Virus record (IMG/VR): IMGVR_UViG_3300017985_000026 | Coordinates: 1-49,644 of that record | DNA length: 49,644 nt | DNA from: a virus | Lineage: Duplodnaviria; Caudoviricetes | Direction: 5' to 3' (one strand) | Shown here: positions 18,586 through 27,916 of the stretch, piece after piece | Layout of the letters: the number at the start of each line of letters is the position of its first letter | Numbering within the stretch: the first letter of the stretch is position 1 | Made by a program: the position numbers and the translations under genes | Notes under the pieces: model-generated | The model's input: only the letters and a program-made list of their open reading frames with translations | Databases searched by the model: none | Told to the model about the DNA's origin: nothing

Positions 18586-19273
18586 TAACTGCCTCTACTA
18601 CTGAAGGGAAATGTGTTTCAATAACTCTCCAGCATTTTTCTGCTACTACCATGTGTTCTTTTTGTGTGCCGTTTGCCATGCGCAACTGACAATAATGAAC
18701 CCAAGAACGCAATGTGCCTGCCATGTAAAGGGTAGTTTCTGTATTACCCTCAGGTAGTACTGCGCGTGCTTGTTCCTTAGCGATACCTTGCTTCAATGCC
18801 CACTTATAATTTCTCTCAGCGAGATTAATTACTTCTCGTTGCCTCATATTCCATTCTTCGTAAAGACGCTCGTGTTGCGTCTTATTACCACCTTTACCAA
18901 AATCATCAACATTGTCAAGTTCAACAGAGTTTTGTCTGTTTTTAGGATCTTGCAAACGTGCTTCCCGACTAACAAACGTATCACTTTCAGCGTATCGTTG
19001 ACTAAATTCCTGGAAACTAAAACTGCGGTGCCTAATAATCTGTCGACTAATGTCTCGAGTAGTCCTAATCTCCATTGTTAAAGAAACCATCTCGAATGGG
19101 CTCCAATGAGCATTTTTTATTAGGTATTTGAGTAGTTTTGGTGCCGTTTCGGCATTGTTTTGATTAATAGGGTTACTTACACGGGCAGCGTGTGCTACTA
19201 ACTGTTCTGCATTATTACAATCACTCAACGCTGTCGGCATCGACATTGATACCAAAGTTACGCTAGACATCAA
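18575..19273 (-). CDS. thyX: Flavin-dependent thymidylate synthase
   Basis: HWSPFE, RHRSFSFQEFSQRY, EQARAVLP. Confidence 0.97.
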   Translation of the reverse strand: MMSSVTLVSMSMPTALSDCNNAEQLVAHAARVSNPINQNNAETAPKLLKYLIKNAHWSPFEMVSLTMEIRTTRDISRQIIRHRSFSFQEFSQRYAESDTFVSREARLQDPKNRQNSVELDNVDDFGKGGNKTQHERLYEEWNMRQREVINLAERNYKWALKQGIAKEQARAVLPEGNTETTLYMAGTLRSWVHYCQLRMANGTQKEHMVVAEKCWRVIETHFPSVVEAVNEG

Positions 19274-20288
19274 TTTTTCTCCATGTGTTAAATTTAAATT
19301 CGGCTCTTAGGCCGCTGTAAGTATTTTGTTCAATTATATTATGAATTTCAGTTACTGTCAAGCCTGACATAACCATATCGTTAATATCTTTTTCTTCAAG
19401 TGTTTCAGGCCAGATACAAATTTTTTGTCCGGCGCTTATATACTTATACATTAATTTCGTTATCTCTTTATTTCTTGGCTGATTATCAAAAATAATTGTA
19501 TAATCTTTTAAACCAAGTTCATCGACTCTATTAAATGCCGATCCACTAGCAGCAATAGCATTATCCAAAAACAAACTATCAATAGGTCCTTCAACCACTT
19601 TAACATTTCTTGTTTTGTCTATGTCGTCTAGACCAAAGATAGTGGGAGCGTCCTCATCAATTTTTAGATTAATGTATCTCAAAGACTCCCCACGAATACC
19701 TCTCATAGCCATGCCTGTTAGTTTACCTTCTGTGTTAATAAAAGGCAGTATTAAGCGAGGTTGTTCAACTGTAAGAGAAGAGGTGTACTTTGTGTTTAAC
19801 TGTGCTGCTTTTCTAATATCGTCAAGAAAGTATAATCTGTTCCAAACTTGTTTTGGAATCATTCTCGACTTCACATACTCTATGACTTCATGATCTTCAG
19901 GCAAAGTATCCAATCTGTCCATTAATTCATCAATAAGAGTTTTAGGACGAGATTTAGGTTCCTTAAACTCAAAGTTAAATTCTGGCTTTTGATTGGCCCT
20001 GTTAGAAGGTAATCCTTCTTTGTAGCGTTCTACAACATACTGTTTATGTAGAGTACCATCTAGTGTCTCTAGAAGTCCCCCAAATGTTTTACCTGCTCCA
20101 CAATTATGACACTTGTAGAACATATCGTTTTTAACTTTGTACAGGTATCCGCGAGCCTTATTCTTTTTTGTGCTACTATCGCCACAAATAGGGCATCGGA
20201 AATTAAAGAGGTACTGATCCTTTTTCTTGAATCTCTCAAGCCTAAAGGATACCTGATTAATATATTTTAGATCAATAAACAAAGACAT
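19263..20288 (-). CDS. 61: T4 gp61-like DNA primase
   Basis: CPICGDS...CHNC zinc finger, VEGPIDSLF TOPRIM, KDINDM. Confidence 0.95.
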   Translation of the reverse strand: MSLFIDLKYINQVSFRLERFKKKDQYLFNFRCPICGDSSTKKNKARGYLYKVKNDMFYKCHNCGAGKTFGGLLETLDGTLHKQYVVERYKEGLPSNRANQKPEFNFEFKEPKSRPKTLIDELMDRLDTLPEDHEVIEYVKSRMIPKQVWNRLYFLDDIRKAAQLNTKYTSSLTVEQPRLILPFINTEGKLTGMAMRGIRGESLRYINLKIDEDAPTIFGLDDIDKTRNVKVVEGPIDSLFLDNAIAASGSAFNRVDELGLKDYTIIFDNQPRNKEITKLMYKYISAGQKICIWPETLEEKDINDMVMSGLTVTEIHNIIEQNTYSGLRAEFKFNTWRKIDV

Positions 20289-20315
20289 AAAAAAACCTAT
20301 ACGATTAGTATAGGT
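20289..20315 (-). terminator. Intrinsic terminator-like hairpin immediately before the primase ATG
   Basis: Minus strand ACCTATAC-taatc-GTATAGGT followed by TTTTTT then ATG. Confidence 0.6.
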
Positions 20316-20318
20316 GCT

Positions 20319-20347
20319 ATTGTAACAGAGTGTTATCTATTTGTCAA
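20319..20347 (-). promoter_or_regulatory. Sigma70 promoter TTGACA-N17-TACAAT for primase
   Basis: TTGACAaatagataacactctgtTACAAT. Confidence 0.8.
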
Positions 20348-20811
20348 GAAGAAATGTGGAGAAATTCTACAATAATTGGTAGGGCAAAACCAGTAATGAT
20401 TACTGCACCAACTACAATCCAACGCCATTTTTCTAATGAGGATATGCGTTGATCTTGCTCAGACAATCTACCAGACACATCCATTTTAAGAGACTCAATA
20501 CTAGCCAAGACTTTCTCCATATCAACCTGGTTTTGTTTTGTAATCTCTCTTTGTGCGGTTGTTAACCTAGAGTGTAGTTCTTTAATGTCGGCTTGGTGCT
20601 CTTTTCTATGCATCTCTATTTGTTCTTTTAGCTCGTCTGCGTAATCTTCTTGGTTATTAAGTCTTTCATCGTGTACAGCTAACATCTGACCGATATTATT
20701 GCACACTTCTGTAATTTTGTCAAGAGCATTTTCTAATTTAAGAAAAAGCTGGCCAATCTGATTTACTTCGTTCTTGACTAACGCAATCTCAGTTTCTGTA
20801 CTATTTGCCAT
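20344..20811 (-). CDS. Coiled-coil protein with C-terminal TM anchor (XhlA-like architecture)
   Basis: Heptads followed by LEKWRWIVVGAVIITG. Confidence 0.65.
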   Translation of the reverse strand: MANSTETEIALVKNEVNQIGQLFLKLENALDKITEVCNNIGQMLAVHDERLNNQEDYADELKEQIEMHRKEHQADIKELHSRLTTAQREITKQNQVDMEKVLASIESLKMDVSGRLSEQDQRISSLEKWRWIVVGAVIITGFALPIIVEFLHISS

Positions 20812-21328
20812 CTTTCTTCTTTTTCCTTCTCACCATTGGCTGCATTACAGGATCTCTTCCTGGCTCGCCCTTGGGCCCGATGCCAATACCATGAATTGCA
20901 CCCCCACCCACTGCGTTTGCTGCGACTTCCTCAACAAACCTGTGGTTTTTAAATGACATAGTATTGTGTTCTAATAATTTTACCTCATCTTGAACATCAT
21001 CGAACATTGAGTATAAATCGAGTTTTGTTTCAAACTCCTCATCACTCATATTGAGATTTTTCTCTTCACGCAGAATTGCTAGAGCCGCTGCAAAAGTAAG
21101 AAGTCTCTTTGCATTTCTATCAGGAGACTTCATCAATGCACGTTTTACTTTAAAAATGAATCTATTAAGTAAAGTATATGAATCTAATTCTTGAGACGTT
21201 ACCGGGTCTTTAATTTTTTCAGCATCTTTATTAATGATGCCAAAACGAAATGCGTCAGATTGTTCTATTGGTTGCGCTAACAACCTTAACAGCCTCAAAG
21301 CTATCATACCATCTAAAAATCTTGACAC
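20801..21328 (-). CDS. Conserved T4-like hypothetical protein, possibly head-associated
   Basis: AFRFGII, YTLLNRFIFKVKR; internal MSFKNHRFVEE followed by a Gly/Ala-rich tail. Confidence 0.65.
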   Translation of the reverse strand: MSRFLDGMIALRLLRLLAQPIEQSDAFRFGIINKDAEKIKDPVTSQELDSYTLLNRFIFKVKRALMKSPDRNAKRLLTFAAALAILREEKNLNMSDEEFETKLDLYSMFDDVQDEVKLLEHNTMSFKNHRFVEEVAANAVGGGAIHGIGIGPKGEPGRDPVMQPMVRRKKKKDGK

Positions 21329-21705
21329 TATAGTTTCCTTAAAATCCCAATTAACTCATTATTGAGTGGTATATTTGTCTCTGGAATGCCCTTACTAACT
21401 ACTGTTTCTAATGGCATTCTATTTAAAAATACTAGATATGTTTTTAAGTCTGTCCAGTATTCTTGTTCTAACTTGTAAAATAAAATATCTGTTGCAGCGT
21501 TACCAAAAACATTATACAAAACGATCAAATGGTTAATCACCAATCTTTCGTTTACCTCACCTGTTTTATGATAACGATTAAGTAATCTCTTAATATATTT
21601 TATTCTTTTTAAATCATCTTCTAGTTCTTGCATTCCCATACAACCTGGGTTGTAATAGTGTTTTATTGCATAAACTAAAAATGTATTCTCATCAAGTTCA
21701 ATCAT
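21328..21705 (-). CDS. Conserved T4-like hypothetical protein
   Basis: Likely start MIELDENTF; YAIKHYYNP...ERLVINHLIVLYNVFG. Confidence 0.75.
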   Translation of the reverse strand: MIELDENTFLVYAIKHYYNPGCMGMQELEDDLKRIKYIKRLLNRYHKTGEVNERLVINHLIVLYNVFGNAATDILFYKLEQEYWTDLKTYLVFLNRMPLETVVSKGIPETNIPLNNELIGILRKL

Positions 21706-21722
21706 ACTGTTATTTATTTCCT

Positions 21723-22160
21723 TTACGATACAGTAGCAGTACCTCCAATGAAATACCATTTACTGTTAGTATATAGTAACGTTGCAGTATCTCCTGCAGC
21801 GGAAAAGGAAATATCGTTTTGTAGATTTGCACCTTGTAGGGTAATTGTATGCCCCCCTGCATTAGAGGTCATGATTACAAATTTAACTTGTCCTGGGTCT
21901 CCATCGTTTATACCTAAATTACCTGCACTATCAATATCAGATAATAAAGTAATATTTGTTGTAGAAAGGATGGTACCCAATGCAGTCATCACGTTCTCGT
22001 CGCCAATTTTAACTTTATCATTAAATTTGACGGGTGTTGAAATATCAGCAAAGAGAGAAGCGACAGTAAGTTTTTTACTGTCGGTTCCCTGAACTATTGC
22101 AAATGTATCAACGCCTGCGGCTGCTGTAGCCGCCGTTAATTCTGAAAATTTCTTAGACAT
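21723..22160 (-). CDS. Probable virion structural or fibre-like protein
   Basis: MSKKFSELTA start, Gly/Thr/Ala-rich beta sequence, ATLLYTNSKWY end. Confidence 0.55.
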   Translation of the reverse strand: MSKKFSELTAATAAAGVDTFAIVQGTDSKKLTVASLFADISTPVKFNDKVKIGDENVMTALGTILSTTNITLLSDIDSAGNLGINDGDPGQVKFVIMTSNAGGHTITLQGANLQNDISFSAAGDTATLLYTNSKWYFIGGTATVS

Positions 22161-22173
22161 TAAGTACTATCTC

Positions 22174-22419
22174 TTATGCGTCTGGGAATTCGGCGTCGTC
22201 ATCGGCACCGCCAGCTGCTTCGTACTCAGTATCTGTAAAAGGATCAGCCATTGCTACTAGTGTTTCAAATGTAACTCTAGAACCGTTAACTGTTCTTTTT
22301 ACCCAACCTGGTTGTGTGATACCAGGTGTAGCAGCTACTTCGGCTTCATCAACCATAAAGATATCTGCGGGGTCTACACCTGTAATTACAGGCTTAACTG
22401 ATTTACTCCATGCGGACAT
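22174..22419 (-). CDS. Hypothetical acidic protein, probably structural
   Basis: PGWVKR...ETLVAM motif; lies in the late operon. Confidence 0.6.
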   Translation of the reverse strand: MSAWSKSVKPVITGVDPADIFMVDEAEVAATPGITQPGWVKRTVNGSRVTFETLVAMADPFTDTEYEAAGGADDDAEFPDA

Positions 22420-22428
22420 AGTTTTCTC

Positions 22429-23904
22429 CTATTTGATTTGTTGTAAAATTTGGTTTAAAATTGAAAAGGCTTCGTAACGATTGACACCAATTGCTGTTTC
22501 ACTAAGTTCGCCCTTAATGATATCTTTTAGCAAATCGATTTCTTCCTTTTTAACAGGCGCCATGCCCTTCTGAGCACCGGGTCTTGACATATCTCTTCTA
22601 GCGGCTCTTTCTGCATCTCGCTCGGCCTGTGCCTCTTTACGTTTACGGACTCTCGTTGCTGCTTGTTTAATCATTTCCAAGCGCTTTGCTTTTTGTTCCG
22701 GTGTCATTTCTTCATTTTGTTGATCATCTGAAGATGACATAACTTTTTTAACACCTGCTTTTACGGCTTGGCCGGTTGCAAATTGACCTACTTTACCCAT
22801 ACCAGCTTTTCTTGCAACTCCTGCTCCAAGTGCTCTAGCAGCGGCTGCTACTAGTGGGTTTTCAATCAAGTCGCTTGCATCAATATCATCTAAAGATTCG
22901 TTTGCTTGTCTTAAAGCTTTCTGGGCAGCTGGATGATTGGAAAGTCCTTTCTTGATCTTTTCCATTTTCTTAGCGGCACCGGTGTAGTCTCCACCCTTGT
23001 GTCTAGGATCGTTAGCAATGCCTCTAGCCATTTTAATTTGCTTGGCAGTGATGTATTCTAAAAGAGCGTCTTCATCGAAGTTATATTCGGTTTCTTCTCC
23101 CTGTACACCAGGAAACTTTTCCTTGTTCTTATTTTTTAATCTATCTCTAGCTGCATTTGCATCTTTGTTAGGAATTCTAAAACCGCCTGTATCATGAGAC
23201 TCTTTGTCTTTAGCCATCTTGCCTTCTTCGTCAAGATCGACTTCTTCCTTCTGTGCCATAGCCTTTTTAATTGCCTTGTCTCTTGATCCGAAGTACTCTT
23301 GTTTTTTCGTCTCAATTTTTCCATCACCGTCATGGTCCTTCTTGGCCATCTTTTCGTCGATACAGGCAAAAAATTCTTTCTTCTTAGACTCTGGTAAGTC
23401 TCTAATAGTAGAGACACCAAATTCTTCAAGAGCTTCATTAAACTTATCTTGATATAATTTATTTAAATCTACAATATCAAGTGATTCCTGTTGCTCTTCT
23501 TTTTCTTTTTGTTTACGGAGAGATTTTGCGAACATTTTCATTTTATCTTTTTTAGCCACTTTGCCTAGCTTTTTGGCTTTCACTTCGTCCTTCATTCTCT
23601 CCTCATCGCCGTCGACAACTTCGACGCCGTCAACCATTTTTTCGTCGAGTTGACTCACAATATGCTCCTCTGTTTGATATCTATTTCTTTGGGTATGTTG
23701 TTTGGCTCTATTAAATACAGTATCGTCTCCGAATACAATAAACATAAGTTCGTCCATAAACTTTTTAATGATTTCTCTTTCGTTAGGAAGTAACTGAGAG
23801 CCCATTTGTACTCGTGCAATAGCTCGTTTTAAAATTGGGAGATTTTGTGCAGGCATCATTCCCTGACGCACTAACATGTCTAATCTCTTACCTTGGTCTG
23901 CCAT
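22429..23904 (-). CDS. Putative internal head polyprotein with basic modules separated by acidic (L/I)xE linkers
   Basis: Late promoter at 23934-23941; repeated QLDE, CIDE, DLDE, ALLE, DLIE and ELSE sites. Confidence 0.6.
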   Translation of the reverse strand: MADQGKRLDMLVRQGMMPAQNLPILKRAIARVQMGSQLLPNEREIIKKFMDELMFIVFGDDTVFNRAKQHTQRNRYQTEEHIVSQLDEKMVDGVEVVDGDEERMKDEVKAKKLGKVAKKDKMKMFAKSLRKQKEKEEQQESLDIVDLNKLYQDKFNEALEEFGVSTIRDLPESKKKEFFACIDEKMAKKDHDGDGKIETKKQEYFGSRDKAIKKAMAQKEEVDLDEEGKMAKDKESHDTGGFRIPNKDANAARDRLKNKNKEKFPGVQGEETEYNFDEDALLEYITAKQIKMARGIANDPRHKGGDYTGAAKKMEKIKKGLSNHPAAQKALRQANESLDDIDASDLIENPLVAAAARALGAGVARKAGMGKVGQFATGQAVKAGVKKVMSSSDDQQNEEMTPEQKAKRLEMIKQAATRVRKRKEAQAERDAERAARRDMSRPGAQKGMAPVKKEEIDLLKDIIKGELSETAIGVNRYEAFSILNQILQQIK

Positions 23905-23933
23905 AGTGTGTACCCTTAGTGTGTTTACAAAGG

Positions 23934-23941
23934 TATTTATA
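23934..23941 (-). promoter_or_regulatory. T4-type late promoter TATAAATA
   Basis: Exact match 30 nt upstream of the ATG at 23904. Confidence 0.8.
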
Positions 23942-25508
23942 AGATCTTGAACTTCTTCTCTATGTATTCTTCAATAAATTTTTTATTATATTCTTCTGTA
24001 ATGCCGAGCTCAATCTGTGGTTTTTTCATGTCTTCCCATTTATACTCTGGGTTTGCTAGCCAATTGTGAAACGAATGTACTGCAGGACCAGACATTCTCA
24101 TATTTGGAGAAAACCATTCTTCTGATAAAAATTTAAGAATCTTGTACATATTCATATCACCGTTTTTCCAATTCATAAGAGTCATACCACGCAATCCTCC
24201 GTACTTACGCTCCCAGCCGTCTTCTTCTTTCTTACAGATATGATCGTACATATTTTGATATGATTTGTTGTAATGAGGAGCTTTAACACCCTGTCCTTCT
24301 GGGTCTGATTCTTTCATAGTAGTTAATGAGTAACCCCATTTTTCAGGGTCTTTAGAAAACTCACTATCTTCGTCATAAGGTCTATTGTTGGGAGAAATCC
24401 ATAAAGGCATAATTGCAGCCGAGTTACCTTTTGGCCACCAGTTATCAGAGAGCCAACTTAGTGTTTGCCTCATTGTATCTTCAGTGTCGCCAGGCAACCC
24501 AGCAATTAAACTAATATGTCCCCTATAAAATCCTTGTTTATTAAAAAACTCTTCAACTTTTAAAAGACCTTCTTTTAGTCTATCACCGTTCATTCCTTTT
24601 CCAATTATTCTAGATGCCTCATGATTAAAACTTTCTATCCCATAAAAGTGAGAGTCAAACCCTAAATCATTAATCATTTGCCAATCGTCTGGGCGAGCAA
24701 CTAATAAGTCCCCTCTAGCATATCCCCCAAAGTGTGGACGAAATGGTAATTTAGTTACAACTCTAGCATACCTCTCCAGTTTTTCGTGATAATCATTAAC
24801 AGTTTCATCAGAAAAAGTATATGTTGTGGTTCCCCATTTTTCATAATTTCTTAATAATTCATCATAAAAATTATCTTCACTCCTGCTGTGATCGCCTTTT
24901 ATATTTCTATGTACAAGTGTACAAAAACCACAATTAAAAATACAGCCCCTACCTAACTCAACTGTAAGACACTCTTGAGGCTGAATAAAATCTCTTTCCT
25001 CGTAATCTATTGTAAAGTCTTTTAGTCTTGTAGCGTCGTAATCATGTGTTGCATCTATGTAATTGTATGTTCCATGTCGAGAATATTTTAGATCAGTACT
25101 GATGCTTGTAAGGTGTCTTACAAGAGCAGCTATTGCAAGTTCACCATAACCGTGTAATAACCAATCAATAGGGAGGTTCGAGCAGTTATAATAAGATTGT
25201 GTACCTCCTACAATAACAATTTTTGGATATTTTTCCTTTACCCAGTTTAGAACATCTGTCATGTTATCAAAGTGCATGTCAAATGTAGAACTTACACCCA
25301 AAAAGACAGTGTCGTTTCTTAAAATTGCGCTAAGATAGTCTTTTAATTTGTCGACAGGCCAGTTGACAGAAAAGTCTATGACTTCAACGTCCATGTTAAG
25401 TTCTTTTCTAAGATAGGTGGCTATTCTATGTGCGCCAGGTGCTCTTTTTACAGATACTTGAGTAAAGTCTATAACAGACCCAAGAATAACAGCGTGCATA
25501 TTATCCAT
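23937..25508 (-). CDS. B12-binding-type radical SAM protein
   Basis: N-terminal Rossmann-like domain (IVGG, GYGE), GRGCIFNCGFC, GIES, IAGLPGDT. Confidence 0.85.
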   Translation of the reverse strand: MDNMHAVILGSVIDFTQVSVKRAPGAHRIATYLRKELNMDVEVIDFSVNWPVDKLKDYLSAILRNDTVFLGVSSTFDMHFDNMTDVLNWVKEKYPKIVIVGGTQSYYNCSNLPIDWLLHGYGELAIAALVRHLTSISTDLKYSRHGTYNYIDATHDYDATRLKDFTIDYEERDFIQPQECLTVELGRGCIFNCGFCTLVHRNIKGDHSRSEDNFYDELLRNYEKWGTTTYTFSDETVNDYHEKLERYARVVTKLPFRPHFGGYARGDLLVARPDDWQMINDLGFDSHFYGIESFNHEASRIIGKGMNGDRLKEGLLKVEEFFNKQGFYRGHISLIAGLPGDTEDTMRQTLSWLSDNWWPKGNSAAIMPLWISPNNRPYDEDSEFSKDPEKWGYSLTTMKESDPEGQGVKAPHYNKSYQNMYDHICKKEEDGWERKYGGLRGMTLMNWKNGDMNMYKILKFLSEEWFSPNMRMSGPAVHSFHNWLANPEYKWEDMKKPQIELGITEEYNKKFIEEYIEKKFKIL

Positions 25509-25532
25509 CCTATAGCTAATAAAGGTTTGTCT

Positions 25533-25979
25533 TCAGTGTTCATTTATATCCTCTATACGTTGATTAAATATCGAAAACTTTAATAGTAATCTTGGTTTAT
25601 CTCCTGTTCTTACAGAGTGCATTAATGTAGTATTTAGAAATGCTGCTGTATAATGATAATCAACGCCTTCTACATTTACAGGAACCGGATCGTCCGATAA
25701 CACAAAGTTCAATGAGCACAGTGTACCGTTATCAACGTGAGGGGGAAGATAAGAGTTAGGTTCTTGCCAATAGAATTTTGGGTGGTATTCTATGCCAAAA
25801 TCATCTGCTATTTTTTTAAGTTCAGGATGTTCGTAGGTGCTAATTTTCCACCAACTAAAGTCAACGTAAGGAAATCTATTATCAGTATAAAAGGTTGCTG
25901 AAGGATATGCTTCTTCAGCAATCTCTTTCATCCTTTCTATGTCTAAATCATAATCTACATGAATCAAAGGTATAGACAT
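25533..25979 (-). CDS. 2OG-Fe(II)/cupin-like oxygenase
   Basis: LPPHVD...NTTLMHSV...R motif. Confidence 0.6.
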   Translation of the reverse strand: MSIPLIHVDYDLDIERMKEIAEEAYPSATFYTDNRFPYVDFSWWKISTYEHPELKKIADDFGIEYHPKFYWQEPNSYLPPHVDNGTLCSLNFVLSDDPVPVNVEGVDYHYTAAFLNTTLMHSVRTGDKPRLLLKFSIFNQRIEDINEH

Positions 25980-27916
25980 TATCTTTTCTTTTTAGGTAAA
26001 TTAACCTTAAATTTTTTGCTTGTTTGTTTCTTTGCTATTGGTTTAGCTGGCTTGTACGTTTTAGATTTAGATGCTTTCTTCTTGTTGCGGCCTTTCATGC
26101 GAGCAATTTCCATTTTACGCATATTGGGTAACATCTTAACAGATAAGCGTTGTACAAGAGGAGCAAAACGTGCAACTAGTTTTTCAAATCTAGCCTTTTC
26201 TGCTGGGGGCATTGTCTTCTTATCTCTACCTCTGAGTAGACGCTTATAAACCATACCTCTTGCTCCACGAACAGCTCTTCTTTTTAATCTGTCAGGTGAA
26301 GATCCTCGTCTAAGTGCAATTTGTCTTGCTACTTTTAATTTTTGTCTGTTACGTCTAGCAGCGAAACGTCTTTTTAATCTACCTTGTGTTGATAGTTCCT
26401 CATCAAGTTCTTCGTCCCACTCTTCTGGTTCAAACTCCTCGTCGTCAAGATCTAAATCAACTGAAAAATCATCAAACTCTGAATAAAACTCTAGTTGATC
26501 ATATGTAATATTTGCTGCTTCATTTTCTAATTCTGCGACATCTTCTTGGGTGAGGAAGTAATCGGCCATTTCTTCGTTTTCTTGCTTATATTCGTGTTTA
26601 GAGTTATCTTTTTGTACGTCTATTTTTACTTCCTCATTTTCTTTTATCTCAATCGGAGTATCAATAGGTTTAATCATTTCTGTTTTTTTAGCTTTTTGTT
26701 CACCAGGTGTTAACTTCTTAAAATATTCTGTTCCCTGGTCTGTACCCCACTCCATACCACCAGGTGTAGGATCGTACTCAGCATCTTCTTTAAGTTTGTC
26801 TAAAATCTTTTGTCTAATATTAGGCTTTAAGTCTTTAAAATGAAATAAGTTTACGCTTTTCTCAGTGTGCTTCTCACCTGTCATTACTTGACCGTCGTGT
26901 GCGTGTTGTGGACCTTTCCACTCTTTACCGTCTTGTGTATAGTGTCCGTCTGTTTTCCAAGAATGCTCTTTGCCTTCGTTATGATGCATGTTTAACTTCC
27001 AGTGTGCTAACTTCTTTGCACCCGGGCTGGAATTAGGGTTGGATCTAATCTTTTTAAGTTCTGTTTTTGTAGCGTCTTTGGGTACACCGTGTCTGTTAAT
27101 CTCACCAAGTGACTCTTTCTTTCTTTTAGATGCGAGATATGCGGCAACTGCCATACTTCTACGTTTAGACTTGCCTTTGCCTTTAAATTGAGGTGCGTCA
27201 GACTTTTTAAAATCGCTAATGTAATCGCCGATACTGTTTTTGTCCGCGTCTAGTTTCTCTCTAATGTTTCTCTTTTTCATCTGACTATTTATCCATTCTC
27301 GAGCGTGGTGATTATTAGGGGGACGCCTTACCCACGCCCCAATTCTTCTATAGGCAGACATTACTCCGCCTTGTATATTACTACTTTCACTGTTATCTAC
27401 AATAATAAAGTTTTGTCCAAATAGATGTTGGAATTTACCAATGTTATTTTGTACATCACTCCACATTTTAGACACCATACCAGTGGGAAGTGTTCTTGTA
27501 CGAGCTTTGTTTCTTGCAAGTGCAGTATTTTTATCTGTATTAACAAATATCATTGCACAATCGTAACCTAAATGCTGAAGATGTGCCTTCATTGTTTGTA
27601 TTTTGCTATAGTCTTTACCTGTTCCGTCAATAACTAAACCAAGCCTGCCGTTAATGTAACTATCCATTAATCTTTCTGTGGCAGATTTTGCTCTGGCTCT
27701 TATAAGCTGTCCTTTTTCTGACTTTATGTTGTCTGGTGTAGGAGCCATGCCATGTTTAGCTAAGGCATACTCATACATTCTATCAGGATTAACTATTTTT
27801 AGCCCAAATGATGTTAAAGCAGTTTGTCCAACCACAAAGGATTTACCGCTTCCAGGCCCACCGGCTAGGAATACGGCTTTAAAAATACCAGGATCTCTAA
27901 TTCCTTCAGTTAGCAT
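25979..27916 (-). CDS. Zeta-toxin/AAA_33-like P-loop kinase fused to multiple small modules and an Arg-rich C-terminal domain
   Basis: AGGPGSGKS, VNPD, VIDGTG, ARNKARTR; followed by charged modules. Confidence 0.75.
   Translation of the reverse strand: MLTEGIRDPGIFKAVFLAGGPGSGKSFVVGQTALTSFGLKIVNPDRMYEYALAKHGMAPTPDNIKSEKGQLIRARAKSATERLMDSYINGRLGLVIDGTGKDYSKIQTMKAHLQHLGYDCAMIFVNTDKNTALARNKARTRTLPTGMVSKMWSDVQNNIGKFQHLFGQNFIIVDNSESSNIQGGVMSAYRRIGAWVRRPPNNHHAREWINSQMKKRNIREKLDADKNSIGDYISDFKKSDAPQFKGKGKSKRRSMAVAAYLASKRKKESLGEINRHGVPKDATKTELKKIRSNPNSSPGAKKLAHWKLNMHHNEGKEHSWKTDGHYTQDGKEWKGPQHAHDGQVMTGEKHTEKSVNLFHFKDLKPNIRQKILDKLKEDAEYDPTPGGMEWGTDQGTEYFKKLTPGEQKAKKTEMIKPIDTPIEIKENEEVKIDVQKDNSKHEYKQENEEMADYFLTQEDVAELENEAANITYDQLEFYSEFDDFSVDLDLDDEEFEPEEWDEELDEELSTQGRLKRRFAARRNRQKLKVARQIALRRGSSPDRLKRRAVRGARGMVYKRLLRGRDKKTMPPAEKARFEKLVARFAPLVQRLSVKMLPNMRKMEIARMKGRNKKKASKSKTYKPAKPIAKKQTSKKFKVNLPKKKR

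Noticed and set aside
25979-27916. Classical epsilon-zeta toxin-antitoxin module
   Set aside because: No adjacent antitoxin-like gene; the neighbours are spanins and an oxygenase, and the kinase is fused to head-protein-like modules
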